From the NCBI GenBank assembly GCA_047614505.1, contig JBLHGQ010000002.1, positions 9,818-73,817 on the forward strand: DNA of 64,000 bases, read 5' to 3'. The position numbers were made by a program, and so were the translations under genes. The notes beneath the pieces were generated by a model. It was not told where the DNA came from and did no database searches. It was given only the letters and a program-made list of their open reading frames with translations. The stretch comes from Rhodothermales bacterium. GTDB taxonomy: Bacteria; Pseudomonadota; Gammaproteobacteria; Xanthomonadales; SZUA-36. Shown piece by piece: positions 8,234 through 17,578 of the stretch. Each line of letters opens with the position of its first letter. Positions within the stretch are counted from its first letter, which is position 1.

Positions 8234-9748
8234 TCAGGCCACGGAAGGTGGCATGGAAGCGCAGTAACGGGCCAGGTATTCCTCGTGCGTCTGCATGTTG
8301 ACGGCAGCCTGTTCGATGATCTGTTTCATCTGGTCAAAGCGGCCTTTCAGGCGCTCGAAATCATAATTGTCCAGAATTGGATCATAAGTTTCGGGCCACT
8401 GGTCCTGTCCGAGCCATACGGAAACCCAACTGGTATTGGGGAACGACTCTTCCTCGTAAAAAGCAACCTGGCCGCGAGCTTTGAACAGGCGGATTTTGTG
8501 CGCAAGAGACTCGGGCACTGCGGGCCCCAGATAATCGTTCCAGAATGGCGAACCTTTGCGTTCAGAAGCTCGATAATGAAGCATCAGGAAATCCCTTACA
8601 TTCGTATATTCCGAGCGGGTCACTTCGTTATATTCGTCAGCCAGAAGCTTATTGCAGGTCTTGTCCGGAAACAAATTGATCAGGCGCATCAGTCCGGACT
8701 GAAGCAGCGCCAGGAAAGTGCCGTCCATGGGGTCGAAACAGCCGGCCGCAGCGCCCAGAGCAATACAATTGCCGGACCAGAACTTTTCACGGTGGCCACA
8801 ACGGAAATTTTGGAAATGCCGCTCATCGTCAAGGGTATGTCCGGTCGCTTTTTGCAACAGATCAAGGGCAGAATCGTCATCAAGGTGTTGGTCGTTGAAC
8901 ACCAGGCGGTGAGCCTGGTAGTGCTGCAAGCCAATGGCCTGGTGCCAGCCCGCATCCAGCGCAGTGATGGTGGCACAAGGCGGAGTAGTGCCTGCGGGGC
9001 TCGACCCCGACAGGATGCGGTTGGCCGGCAGCCATTCAGCCCAATCCACATAAGGAGTTTGTAGCGCCTCTCCGAGAAGGCTTGAGCATTGGCCGGAACA
9101 ATCAATAAACAGGTCAGCCACCAGTTTATCACCGCCCTCCAGCGTCAGAGATTCGATCATTCCGTCCGCTTCCCGCACTGTCACGTCCGTCAGCCTACCT
9201 GTCAGGCATTTGACCCCGTTAGCCTCCGCATGCCGGCGCATGAAGGTGGCGTACTGGTTGGCATCGAGGTGGTGGGCATATATCAGCGTGGACAGAATGG
9301 AATTGAGGTCGCTGTTTGGATGCTCAAATTTTCCTTGTCTCGCGGCGGCAGCACACATCGAGTAGGTGTTGAACGGCGTTTCGTCTCCCGCCTGACGGGC
9401 CTTGACGGCGTAATTGTGAAATTGCACGAATTCGATGCTCGCTCCATGTGCACCCATCGGCTGGAAGTAATTTCGTTTGGGAAAAGTCCAATCCCTGAAT
9501 TGGGTGCCGAGACTAAAAGACGCCCCGGTTTCGCGCATCAAATCCTGTTCATCGATGTCCATGCCAAGGTTAAAGGCTCGCTGAATGGGCAATGATGCCA
9601 GGGCACCGTGCTCCCGCTCATCGGCACTCGCCAGCACAGAAATCTGTATGCCGGGACGGCGCATCGCATGGGCAATACTCGCAGCCGCCACCCAGCCGGT
9701 GACCCCGCCGCCGACGATAATAATGCGCTCAACAGCCGTGTCATTCAT
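8234..9748 (-). CDS. Tryptophan-halogenase-family flavoprotein homologue with degenerate catalytic motifs
   Basis: 504 aa, collinear with the neighbouring paralogue. It keeps GGGVTGW (GxGxxG). It has EHGALASLPI instead of GVGEATIP, ASFSLGTQF instead of the Lys-containing ATFKLGIEF, GWHQAIGL instead of WxWxIP, and CFDPMDGT instead of FLEPLEST. Confidence 0.8.
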   Translation of the reverse strand: MNDTAVERIIIVGGGVTGWVAAASIAHAMRRPGIQISVLASADEREHGALASLPIQRAFNLGMDIDEQDLMRETGASFSLGTQFRDWTFPKRNYFQPMGAHGASIEFVQFHNYAVKARQAGDETPFNTYSMCAAAARQGKFEHPNSDLNSILSTLIYAHHLDANQYATFMRRHAEANGVKCLTGRLTDVTVREADGMIESLTLEGGDKLVADLFIDCSGQCSSLLGEALQTPYVDWAEWLPANRILSGSSPAGTTPPCATITALDAGWHQAIGLQHYQAHRLVFNDQHLDDDSALDLLQKATGHTLDDERHFQNFRCGHREKFWSGNCIALGAAAGCFDPMDGTFLALLQSGLMRLINLFPDKTCNKLLADEYNEVTRSEYTNVRDFLMLHYRASERKGSPFWNDYLGPAVPESLAHKIRLFKARGQVAFYEEESFPNTSWVSVWLGQDQWPETYDPILDNYDFERLKGRFDQMKQIIEQAAVNMQTHEEYLARYCASMPPSVA

Positions 9749-9780
9749 ATCTGCTTACGAAAGTCCTTTTGTAGGTGCTT

Positions 9781-11298
9781 TCACGAAGTCGCCAGATCTG
9801 CTGCACAATTTTTAGAGATGGTGCTGGCATGGCCAGCCATCGAGTCGGCAGATTGCCGGATGATAGTTTTGATCTGTGCAAGCCGCTGGCGGATTTCGGC
9901 GTCGCTAACACCGTCCACCCTGGGGTCGTAACCTTGAGGAATCACGTGTTGCCCGATCAGCACTGACAGCCAGCTGGGCTCATTAAACAGCTCTGAACTC
10001 TTGAAGGAAACGTGGCCTCGATGCCGGAATAATTCTACCCGGTGTGTCAGGTCATCGGGAACACTCATATTGCGACAATAATTCCAGAAAGGTGTGTCGA
10101 CCCTTTGGGTTTCCTTGTAATGCGCAATCAGCAGATTCCTGACCTGCCTGTACTTATTGTCGATCTGCCGGTTGAATTCATCAGATTCAACAGCATTGAA
10201 ACTTGTGTCCGGAAAATTCCGGATCAATTTCATGATCGCGGACTGTATAAAGTAAATCGCGGTCGATTCCAATGGCTCCAGAAAGCCACCGGAAAGCCCA
10301 ATTGCTACGCAATTTTTTATCCACGCCTTCCTACGCTTGCCGGTGGCGAACCGGATCAGCCGCGGTTCGGCAAGTGGTGTTCCTTCGACATTGTCCAGAA
10401 CCATTTGTGTGGCTTCATCATCATCCAGATATTCACTGCAGTAAACATGCCCGTTGCCGGTTCTGTGCTGCAGAGGTATGCGCCATTGCCAGCCAGCAGT
10501 GAGCGCCGTGGCGCGTGTGTGTGGAGCCGGATCACCGACGTTTTCACTCGGCACTGCCAGGGCGCGGTTGCAGGGCAACCAGTGGCTCCAGTCATCGAAG
10601 CCGGATTTCAGGGTCTGCTCGATCAGCAGTCCACGAAAGCCGGTGCAGTCGATGAATAAATCACCTGCGATGCTTTCTCCACTTTCCAGTGTGATGGATT
10701 CGATAAAGCCATTTTCATTGTTCTGCTTGACCTCCACTACCTTGCCTTCCACCCTTTCCACTCCGCGCTGTTCGCACCATTCACGAAGGAAAATTGCGTA
10801 AAGGCTTGCGTCAAAGTGGAATGCATACAAGTAAGTAGAAAGCGGCGAGCGTGGGTCGCTTGAAGGGTAATCAAACCGGCCGGAACGGGCCGCCGTGATG
10901 GGCAGTGAATACTCCTCAAGTCCCGATTGGTCGCCTGCCTGACGCATTTTTAACCAGTAGTGGTGGAAACCCACACCATTGATGGCCTGTCCAAAACGCC
11001 CAAACGGATGAATATAGGAATCACCCTGACGGCCCCAGTTTCTGAATTCAATTCCCAGCTTGAAGGTGGCATTGGTCTTCCTCATGAATTCAACCTCATC
11101 AATACCGATGAACTGATTGAATTCGTGAATGGCAGGAATCGTAGCCTCTCCTACACCAATAATACCAATCTGGTCGGATTCGACCAGCCTGACCTTGTAT
11201 TGCCGTGGATCCAGTGATCTGGCAAACGCAGCAGCGGTCATCCAACCGGCCGTTCCACCGCCCACGATGACAATATTTTCAATTCGATTCTGACTCAT
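9781..11298 (-). CDS. Tryptophan-halogenase-family flavin-dependent enzyme (all canonical motifs present)
   Basis: 505 aa. Contains IVIVGGGTAGW, IGVGEATIP, NATFKLGIEF (the Lys equivalent to PrnA K79), GWQWRIPL (WxWxIP) and NCVAIGLSGGFLEPLESTAI. Confidence 0.85.
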   Translation of the reverse strand: MSQNRIENIVIVGGGTAGWMTAAAFARSLDPRQYKVRLVESDQIGIIGVGEATIPAIHEFNQFIGIDEVEFMRKTNATFKLGIEFRNWGRQGDSYIHPFGRFGQAINGVGFHHYWLKMRQAGDQSGLEEYSLPITAARSGRFDYPSSDPRSPLSTYLYAFHFDASLYAIFLREWCEQRGVERVEGKVVEVKQNNENGFIESITLESGESIAGDLFIDCTGFRGLLIEQTLKSGFDDWSHWLPCNRALAVPSENVGDPAPHTRATALTAGWQWRIPLQHRTGNGHVYCSEYLDDDEATQMVLDNVEGTPLAEPRLIRFATGKRRKAWIKNCVAIGLSGGFLEPLESTAIYFIQSAIMKLIRNFPDTSFNAVESDEFNRQIDNKYRQVRNLLIAHYKETQRVDTPFWNYCRNMSVPDDLTHRVELFRHRGHVSFKSSELFNEPSWLSVLIGQHVIPQGYDPRVDGVSDAEIRQRLAQIKTIIRQSADSMAGHASTISKNCAADLATS

Positions 11299-11385
11299 AT
11301 CAATTCACCAGCCTGAATGCAGCATCGTCTTATCCTGAACCACCAGTTTTTCTTTGATACATACCACAAGCCCGCTTGGAATCGA

Positions 11386-12774
11386 TTACTCAATAGTCGG
11401 GACCGGCCCAAAAACTGCATCTGTTGACGCTGCCCACTGAATGAAGGTGACATAGGCGGCAACATTAAACCGGATATCGGCCGGATCAACCTGGTCGAGC
11501 CGGTCATTGCGTGTGTGGTGTAAATCGAAATACAGGCTGGCGTCATGATTGAGGTCAATGACAGGCATGCCCAGATTACGCATCTGACCAATGTCAGCCC
11601 CTCCGGATGCTGCCTGCTCAGCGTTGTAAGAAATTTTCAATGGTGAGAACAACTCCGCCAGTTGCTCAAGCAGAGGCGCTGATTCTTCGCTGACCGTGCT
11701 TTTGAATTGATAGATTCTGCCTGAGCCCAGATCAGATTCCGCTCCGATAATGTGGGTATCCAATTCATCAGCATGCGCTTGCGCATATGCCTTGCCGCCA
11801 TAAACACCCTGCTCTTCATTGGCAAACAGAACGACCCGAATTCCGCGGGCCGGGCGCACTGGCTGGTCAGCAACCAGTTTAGCGGCGGCCATAGTGATCG
11901 AAACCCCGGTTCCATCATCGATAGCGCCTTCGCCGAGATCCCAGGAATCGAGATGCCCGCCAACAACGACGAACTCTCCATTATTGGCAGAGCCATCAAA
12001 TTCTCCAATCACATTTTGCGATACAGCTCGCCCGTCAAAACCACAATCAAGGTTCATTTCGACAATAACCGGCGCGCCGATTTCAAGCGCTTCTGCCAAA
12101 AGATCAGCAGAAGGGTGTGACAAAGCAGCAGAAGGAACTGGCTCACCTTCCTCTGTTCCTGAAATCATACCGGTGTGAGGAACACCGTCATAGTCAGTCC
12201 CTACAGAACGAATTAAAAGCGCTACAGCACCTTTACGGGCAGCCACATATGGCCCACGGCTGCGCTGTTTGACCGTAGCATATCCCATTCCAGATTGATG
12301 GCGCTCCATCCGTTCTGAGATAAATGCGATTTTTCCTGTAACAGATTCCGGTGCTGCTGCCTCAAGTGCTTCAAGGTTTTCGAAATGAACCACTTCGCCC
12401 TGCAATGCGCCATCCGTGCCCGGACTACCGCCAAGCGCGGTCAGGTCAAAGACCTGTGCCTTATCTCCCAATAGCGAACCGGATTCACTGTTGCGCACCC
12501 ATTTAGGAAACTCAACAAACTCCAGCCAGACCCGGTCAAAACCCAGGCGGTTCATATTATCTCTGGCCCATGCGACAGCCTTGGCGTCTCCTTCAGAACC
12601 ACCCATTCTTGGGCCGATTTCGGTAGTAAGCGATTCCAGAAGCTGCCAGGCAGTGTCGTCGCGCAATGCCAATTCCTGCAGGTCTTCAACAGCATTGCCA
12701 AGCACCCGGGATTCGGGTGACTCACCACAGGCAGATAAAGTGAGCATTACAGCTACAAGTGCAAAACGGGTCAT
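11386..12774 (-). CDS. M28-family aminopeptidase lipoprotein
   Basis: Zn-ligand motifs GGHLDSWDLGEGAIDDGTG and VLFANEEQGVYGG. Lipobox MTRFALVAVMLTLSAC. AAGGAA lies upstream of ATG 12774 (the track ORF extends to 12813). Confidence 0.8.
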   Translation of the reverse strand: MTRFALVAVMLTLSACGESPESRVLGNAVEDLQELALRDDTAWQLLESLTTEIGPRMGGSEGDAKAVAWARDNMNRLGFDRVWLEFVEFPKWVRNSESGSLLGDKAQVFDLTALGGSPGTDGALQGEVVHFENLEALEAAAPESVTGKIAFISERMERHQSGMGYATVKQRSRGPYVAARKGAVALLIRSVGTDYDGVPHTGMISGTEEGEPVPSAALSHPSADLLAEALEIGAPVIVEMNLDCGFDGRAVSQNVIGEFDGSANNGEFVVVGGHLDSWDLGEGAIDDGTGVSITMAAAKLVADQPVRPARGIRVVLFANEEQGVYGGKAYAQAHADELDTHIIGAESDLGSGRIYQFKSTVSEESAPLLEQLAELFSPLKISYNAEQAASGGADIGQMRNLGMPVIDLNHDASLYFDLHHTRNDRLDQVDPADIRFNVAAYVTFIQWAASTDAVFGPVPTIE

Positions 12775-12809
12775 GCGAAATTCCTTGGATGAATGGGGAG
12801 TCGAGTCAA

Positions 12810-13301
12810 TCACGAACCCAACCCGGTACCCTGCACACTCATTGGCTCTAGCAATGACAGTGCTTTGTAATACACTTTTCGTTTGAATGGAATCACATTG
12901 TCCACCGGGTACCAGAAATCGACCCAGCGGTAGTCATTAAATTCCGGTTTAGTGGTGGTATCCAGCGTAACCACCGACTCATCCCCCAACAGTCTCAACA
13001 GGAACCAGACCTGTTTCTGACCAATACACAATGGCTTGCTGTGCGCTCTTTGATAGCGCTTTGGGAGCCGGTAGCGCAACCAGCCCGGTGTAGACCCAAG
13101 CACAGCTACGTGTTCCTTGGCCAGACCTGTTTCTTCATGAAGCTCCCGGTACATCGCTTCCACAGGAGTTTCGTCCGTGCGCATTCCACCCTGCGGGAAT
13201 TGCCAGCCATCGTTATTGCTACGATGCGCCCAGAATACCTGGCTGTCATCTTTCATGATGACGATCGCTACATTAGGTCTGAATCCATCTGAATCTATCA
13301 T
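12810..13301 (-). CDS. rppH: RNA pyrophosphohydrolase (Nudix)
   Basis: [15 protein letters not shown]..., the Nudix box [23 protein letters not shown], then the RppH-type C-terminal half. The start at ATG 13301 is inferred from the conserved N-terminus. Confidence 0.9.
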   Translation of the reverse strand: MIDSDGFRPNVAIVIMKDDSQVFWAHRSNNDGWQFPQGGMRTDETPVEAMYRELHEETGLAKEHVAVLGSTPGWLRYRLPKRYQRAHSKPLCIGQKQVWFLLRLLGDESVVTLDTTTKPEFNDYRWVDFWYPVDNVIPFKRKVYYKALSLLEPMSVQGTGLGS

Positions 13302-13417
13302 GATTTCCGTACATTCTTGGTTGGCGCCTGACCATGTGGTACTTTGCGCCTTCAACGCGCAGCATGGTAATCAATTCAGCCGGACGATGCCAATACCACA
13401 ATGACGATTATTTCCGT

Positions 13418-14410
13418 ATGAAACATTTAGCATCCCGGCCATTACTGCTGACGGGCCTGTTTTTGCTTTCTATTGGCAGCATCATACACGCGAGTATCGC
13501 CGGCTCAGTTTCAATGGATTTATCAACATGGTGGTCTGCTCTCATTCACCCGCAGGGGCTAGATGGTGAAATGCTTTGGCGGTTACGATTGCCGCGCGCA
13601 TTCGCCGCGTGGACTGTAGGAGCAATGCTGGCCATGTCGGGCTGCCTGATGCAGGTTTTATTGCGTAACCCGCTGGCCGACCCATACATTTTGGGCGTAT
13701 CCGGAGGAGCAGCTTTCGCAGCGCTGGCAGGAATGACTCTGGGAGTTGCAGCCAATTTCATTCCATTACTGGCAATGGGTGGTGCACTGGTATCAATATT
13801 AATTGTTTTTGGGCTTGCCCGTGGCAGCGGACCCTGGAGCGGTACACGATTACTACTGACCGGAGTAGTTACTGCTGCAGGCTGGGGATCATTGATCAGC
13901 CTGATCCTGGCAACCGGCTCTGACGGTAGTCTGCGCGGCATGTTGTTTTGGTTAATGGGTGATTTCAGTTACGCCGTTTTGCCCGGCTGGGCAGTATTCG
14001 CTCTGCTGGTGGGAATCGGACTGACGATGGCTCTGGCTCGCAGTCTAAATGTACTGTCAATGGGCGAAACCACAGCAAAACTGCTGGGCGAGTCCACGCA
14101 ATATCTGATGTGGCTGGTTTATGGGCTGGCGTCATTGCTTACCGCTGCTGCTGTCTCCATTGCAGGAAGCATAGGTTTTGTCGGGCTGATCGTTCCTCAC
14201 TTGATGAGACTGCTTGTTGGGTCTGACCATCGCATTCTCATTCCAGCGGCCACATTATTTGGCGGTTTGTTCCTGGTGCTATCTGACACTCTGGCCCGAA
14301 CTATTCTGGCCCCCCGGCAATTACCGGTCGGTGTTATCACCGCCATACTCGGGGTTCCGCTGTTCCTGGTTTTACTCAACCGGACCCGGCTAAAAGGCCC
14401 GGACTCATGA
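13418..14410 (+). CDS. FecCD-family ABC permease (BtuC/HmuU-like; cobalamin, heme or siderophore)
   Basis: Polytopic membrane protein with FecCD-like segments (LRLPRAFAAWTVGAMLAMSGCLMQVLLRNPLADPYILGVSGGA, SIGFVGLIVPHLMRLLVG). ATG 13418 precedes MKHLASRPLLL. Confidence 0.85.
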   Translation: MKHLASRPLLLTGLFLLSIGSIIHASIAGSVSMDLSTWWSALIHPQGLDGEMLWRLRLPRAFAAWTVGAMLAMSGCLMQVLLRNPLADPYILGVSGGAAFAALAGMTLGVAANFIPLLAMGGALVSILIVFGLARGSGPWSGTRLLLTGVVTAAGWGSLISLILATGSDGSLRGMLFWLMGDFSYAVLPGWAVFALLVGIGLTMALARSLNVLSMGETTAKLLGESTQYLMWLVYGLASLLTAAAVSIAGSIGFVGLIVPHLMRLLVGSDHRILIPAATLFGGLFLVLSDTLARTILAPRQLPVGVITAILGVPLFLVLLNRTRLKGPDS

Positions 14411-15192
14411 GCCTCCTGGCCTGTAAATCAGTTGCTCTGGAAATTGCTGGAAAGCATGTCGTTGACGGTCTTGATCTTGACTTCTACCCGGGCCAGTTCT
14501 GGGGTCTGATGGGTGCCAATGGCATTGGAAAGACCACGCTGATGAAATGTCTGGCCGGCCTTATCAACCCTGGGAACGGCCAGGTGTCTCTGGAAGGACA
14601 GGCTATTCTGGAGATCAAGCGCAAATCGGTAGCCCAGCGTGTGGGCATGATGCAACAACATACCGTTTATGTATTTGACGCCAGTGTTTTACAAACCGTG
14701 CTCACCGGTCGCCACCCGCACCTGGGAAGCTGGCAGCGCGAAACTCAGGACGATGTTAACAAAGCGCAAACAGTCATTGAGCAATTGGGATTGGATGGCC
14801 TTCAGGAGAGAAGTGTTACCAGCTTATCCGGCGGCGAAGCACGGCGACTTGCATTCGCTACATTGCTGGTTCAGGAACCGTCCATCATGCTGTTGGACGA
14901 ACCGTCAAATCATCTTGATCTCAAGCACCAGGTAAGCATCATGAGAAGGATTGGGAATGAAGTTTACAGTGGCAACAAGCTGGCTATTGCCGCCATGCAC
15001 GATGTTAACCTTGCCGCCTGTTATTGCAGCCATGTGTTGATGTTATTTGGCGATGGTGAGTGGAATGCAGGTCCAGCGGCAGAAATGTTTAGCCAGGTTC
15101 AGCTTGAACGCTTGTATCAATGCCCGGTGCAAATGGTCAATACACCGGATGGCATGCGTTTTCACCCCTCTTTTGTTGAGGCTTCCAACTGA
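14407..15192 (+). CDS. ABC transporter ATP-binding protein (BtuD/FecE-like)
   Basis: Walker A GANGIGKTT, signature LSGGEARR, Walker B MLLDEP. There is a 4-nt start/stop overlap with the permease. Confidence 0.9.
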   Translation: MSLLACKSVALEIAGKHVVDGLDLDFYPGQFWGLMGANGIGKTTLMKCLAGLINPGNGQVSLEGQAILEIKRKSVAQRVGMMQQHTVYVFDASVLQTVLTGRHPHLGSWQRETQDDVNKAQTVIEQLGLDGLQERSVTSLSGGEARRLAFATLLVQEPSIMLLDEPSNHLDLKHQVSIMRRIGNEVYSGNKLAIAAMHDVNLAACYCSHVLMLFGDGEWNAGPAAEMFSQVQLERLYQCPVQMVNTPDGMRFHPSFVEASN

Positions 15193-16460
15193 GCTTTTAG
15201 TTCTTCGTACTTTCGCCCAAGCTTCCAGGCACCAAGGCCCCAAATGCTCAAAATCGGCAAATACAACCAGGCTATGCTGGACAATCCAAGACCCAATGTC
15301 ATAAACCCTTTGAACAACCATGAGGCTGCGACATCACTGCCCCGATAAATGACAGTGTCGATAAAGTTTTTACTCTTATATTTGGTTTCACGATCTACAA
15401 CAGTAAACAGCATTTCCTTGACCGGTCCCAGTACGCCGTAATTGAGAGATCTTTGCGCAACCTGCACCGCCGCAAAAAGCACCAGTCCCAACGAACTGCC
15501 CAGAATAGTAAAACCTGCTGCTAGTAATATGGGTGGCATCAATGCGGTCCGCGGCATACCAAGTGCCACCACCAGTCTGGAAGTGATCAAAAATTGAAAA
15601 GTGAATGCCAATACCTGCACAAAAAGGTCTACCCAGGAGAAAAATTCCGTGCGTTGTTCAAACCCGACAATCTCCTGATTTACCAGCACAGCAAGACCGT
15701 TGTAGAGGAAAGCAGAGACTAGATTATGCGAAAGCATTAAAAGACAGATAAGCAACAGATAGTTCGACTTGAATACGTGTACTGCTCCTTCAAGAATCTT
15801 GCCACCAATAATTTTTGCAGGCTTGTTGTTTTGTTCCGCGCGAACCCAGCGACCGAGCAATATCGCCAGAATCGTTGCGACAAACAGGCAGGCGAGTGAG
15901 ATAGCCATTACGCCGCGCGAACCAATTTCTGCAACCAGATTGGCGGTCAGGAGTGGGCCTGCAATTGCACCAAGACTGCCACCGGCCATAATGCTGCCAA
16001 ACAACCTCTGCGCCTGCCCCGGGCGGAAAATATCCGCCATAAAACTCCAGAATATGGACACCACAAAAAGATTGAACACGCTCAGCCAGACGAAGAAACC
16101 TCTTTGCACCCATATGGAGGTCGCCTCATCGTCGAATGCGAAGACAAAGAACAATAAATTGGACATAAAAAACAGGTAAATACCTGGAATAAACCGGCTA
16201 CGCCTGAATTTTGAAACCAGCCAGCCAAAAACCGGAACTGTCATTAGCATTACAAGGAAAGTGGCAGTGTAGAGCAGGTGCAGAATATCGCTGTTGTTTG
16301 AAGCGACTGTACCGCGCAGCGGCCGCAACATAAAATAGCCACCTAACAGGAAAAAGAAATAGGCAAAAGCCAACAGAAAACGAGGCCATTCACCGGGCCT
16401 GATCCGGATAAGGCGTTCCAGAAAATTGGTATGATCCGGAGCGGACAAGCTGTCAGTCAT
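15162..16460 (-). CDS. MFS-type transporter of the TLC / Npt (ATP:ADP antiporter-like) family
   Basis: 432 aa with about 12 predicted TM helices. The N-terminal pattern GEWPRFLLAFAYFFFLLGGYFMLRPLRGTVAS resembles the TLC-family start (hydrophobic...Y..LR). The family call is from memory of that pattern only. Confidence 0.55.
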   Translation of the reverse strand: MTDSLSAPDHTNFLERLIRIRPGEWPRFLLAFAYFFFLLGGYFMLRPLRGTVASNNSDILHLLYTATFLVMLMTVPVFGWLVSKFRRSRFIPGIYLFFMSNLLFFVFAFDDEATSIWVQRGFFVWLSVFNLFVVSIFWSFMADIFRPGQAQRLFGSIMAGGSLGAIAGPLLTANLVAEIGSRGVMAISLACLFVATILAILLGRWVRAEQNNKPAKIIGGKILEGAVHVFKSNYLLLICLLMLSHNLVSAFLYNGLAVLVNQEIVGFEQRTEFFSWVDLFVQVLAFTFQFLITSRLVVALGMPRTALMPPILLAAGFTILGSSLGLVLFAAVQVAQRSLNYGVLGPVKEMLFTVVDRETKYKSKNFIDTVIYRGSDVAASWLFKGFMTLGLGLSSIAWLYLPILSIWGLGAWKLGRKYEELKAQLEASTKEG

Positions 16461-16510
16461 TTTAAGCGTTCGCTGGTTTAGGGTTGGATGTCAGGCACCA
16501 CGTGCCCGGC

Positions 16511-17578
16511 TTAGCTTTCCTGAATATTGACCGATTGCCCGGATTGAAGACGTTCATTACCACGAATCACAACCCTGTCACCCGGGGACACTGCACCAAA
16601 TATTTCTATTTTATCCCCCGCGCCAATCCCGGTTGTAACATTAACTTGCTGCGCATGGTTGTTAGCATCAACAATAAAAACCGTAATGCCCTCAGGCCTA
16701 AGGACCAACGCATCTCTGGGAACCGCAAGCACTTCTTTCACCTCAGATACCGGAACCGAAACACGAACGGTCAAACCGGCCGGTAACGGTGATCCTTCCA
16801 GATCCATTCGAATCTCGAATTGATGGGTGTTTTCATCTCCAACTGCAACAACAGTTCGAACCACACCGCTGGAAATCAATGAACCGGCACGCAGATCAAG
16901 AGTTAGTCCTTCGTAAACAAAGGGATAATTTTCCAGTGGTGCCCGTGCTATCACTTCGAGGTTTTGCTGATCAATCAAGCGAATAACATCGCTACCCTCG
17001 TCCACGCGTTCACCAGGCGTCATAAGTCGCTCCACGACAACTCCATCAAATGGGGCGCTTATGGTCGTGCGTTCAAGCTTGTCGTTGTTCTGAGCCAACC
17101 TTGATTGAGCAACAAGTAAATCACCTCGCGCGATATCCCGGTTAGACCTCGTCTCATCCAGCTTGGTCGCTGCAGCAAGATTGGACCGCGTCAGTTTTTC
17201 GTATCGTTGTTCCTCGCTTTCCAGAAATGTCAGCCGCGCCTGCGCACGATTAATCTCTGCGTTCAATTGATCCTGCATCAATTTCAGCTGCGTATCTTCA
17301 ATCTTTGCCAATGCATCGCCTTTCTTCACGCGAACCCCTACATCCACGACATTGACCAAACGACCTTCAACCTCAGCTGACAGGCGGGCGTCATTACGGC
17401 TAACTACGGTCCCGACAACCTGCGTAACAGGTGCCAGGGCCTGCTGTTGTGCATATTCAACTTTTACATTTGCCGCGGGCATCACGCCTTGTGCAAGCAG
17501 AATCTCCACAGGTAAAAACACCAACAAAAATGCGGGAAAAAGAAGTTTTATCCGCGTACCAAGAATGCTTTTAATCAC
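16511..17578 (-). CDS. Efflux RND periplasmic adaptor (MFP/HlyD family)
   Basis: N-terminal TM helix, a coiled-coil hairpin region (LKLMQDQLNAEINRAQARLTFLESEEQRYEKL...), and a barrel-sandwich/beta-barrel C-terminus. The GTG start overlaps the upstream permease stop (GTGA). Confidence 0.9.
   Translation of the reverse strand: MIKSILGTRIKLLFPAFLLVFLPVEILLAQGVMPAANVKVEYAQQQALAPVTQVVGTVVSRNDARLSAEVEGRLVNVVDVGVRVKKGDALAKIEDTQLKLMQDQLNAEINRAQARLTFLESEEQRYEKLTRSNLAAATKLDETRSNRDIARGDLLVAQSRLAQNNDKLERTTISAPFDGVVVERLMTPGERVDEGSDVIRLIDQQNLEVIARAPLENYPFVYEGLTLDLRAGSLISSGVVRTVVAVGDENTHQFEIRMDLEGSPLPAGLTVRVSVPVSEVKEVLAVPRDALVLRPEGITVFIVDANNHAQQVNVTTGIGAGDKIEIFGAVSPGDRVVIRGNERLQSGQSVNIQES

Noticed and set aside
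8285-9064. Long antisense or alternative-frame ORFs inside well-supported genes (8285..9064, 10042..10659, 24802..25377, 50636..51322, 55154..55888, 6284..6763)
   Set aside because: Each is fully embedded in a gene with strong motif support and has odd composition (Cys/Arg/His-rich). This is the usual consequence of codon bias leaving antisense frames open. There is no independent RBS or motif evidence.
15162-15192. Convergent gene overlaps (31 nt ABC ATPase/TLC-like; 12 nt sixA/msrC at 37292..37303; 4 nt mrcA/gltA at 48504..48507)
   Set aside because: These are consistent with a compact genome. There is no evidence of frameshift or mis-assembly, and the C-termini look normal.
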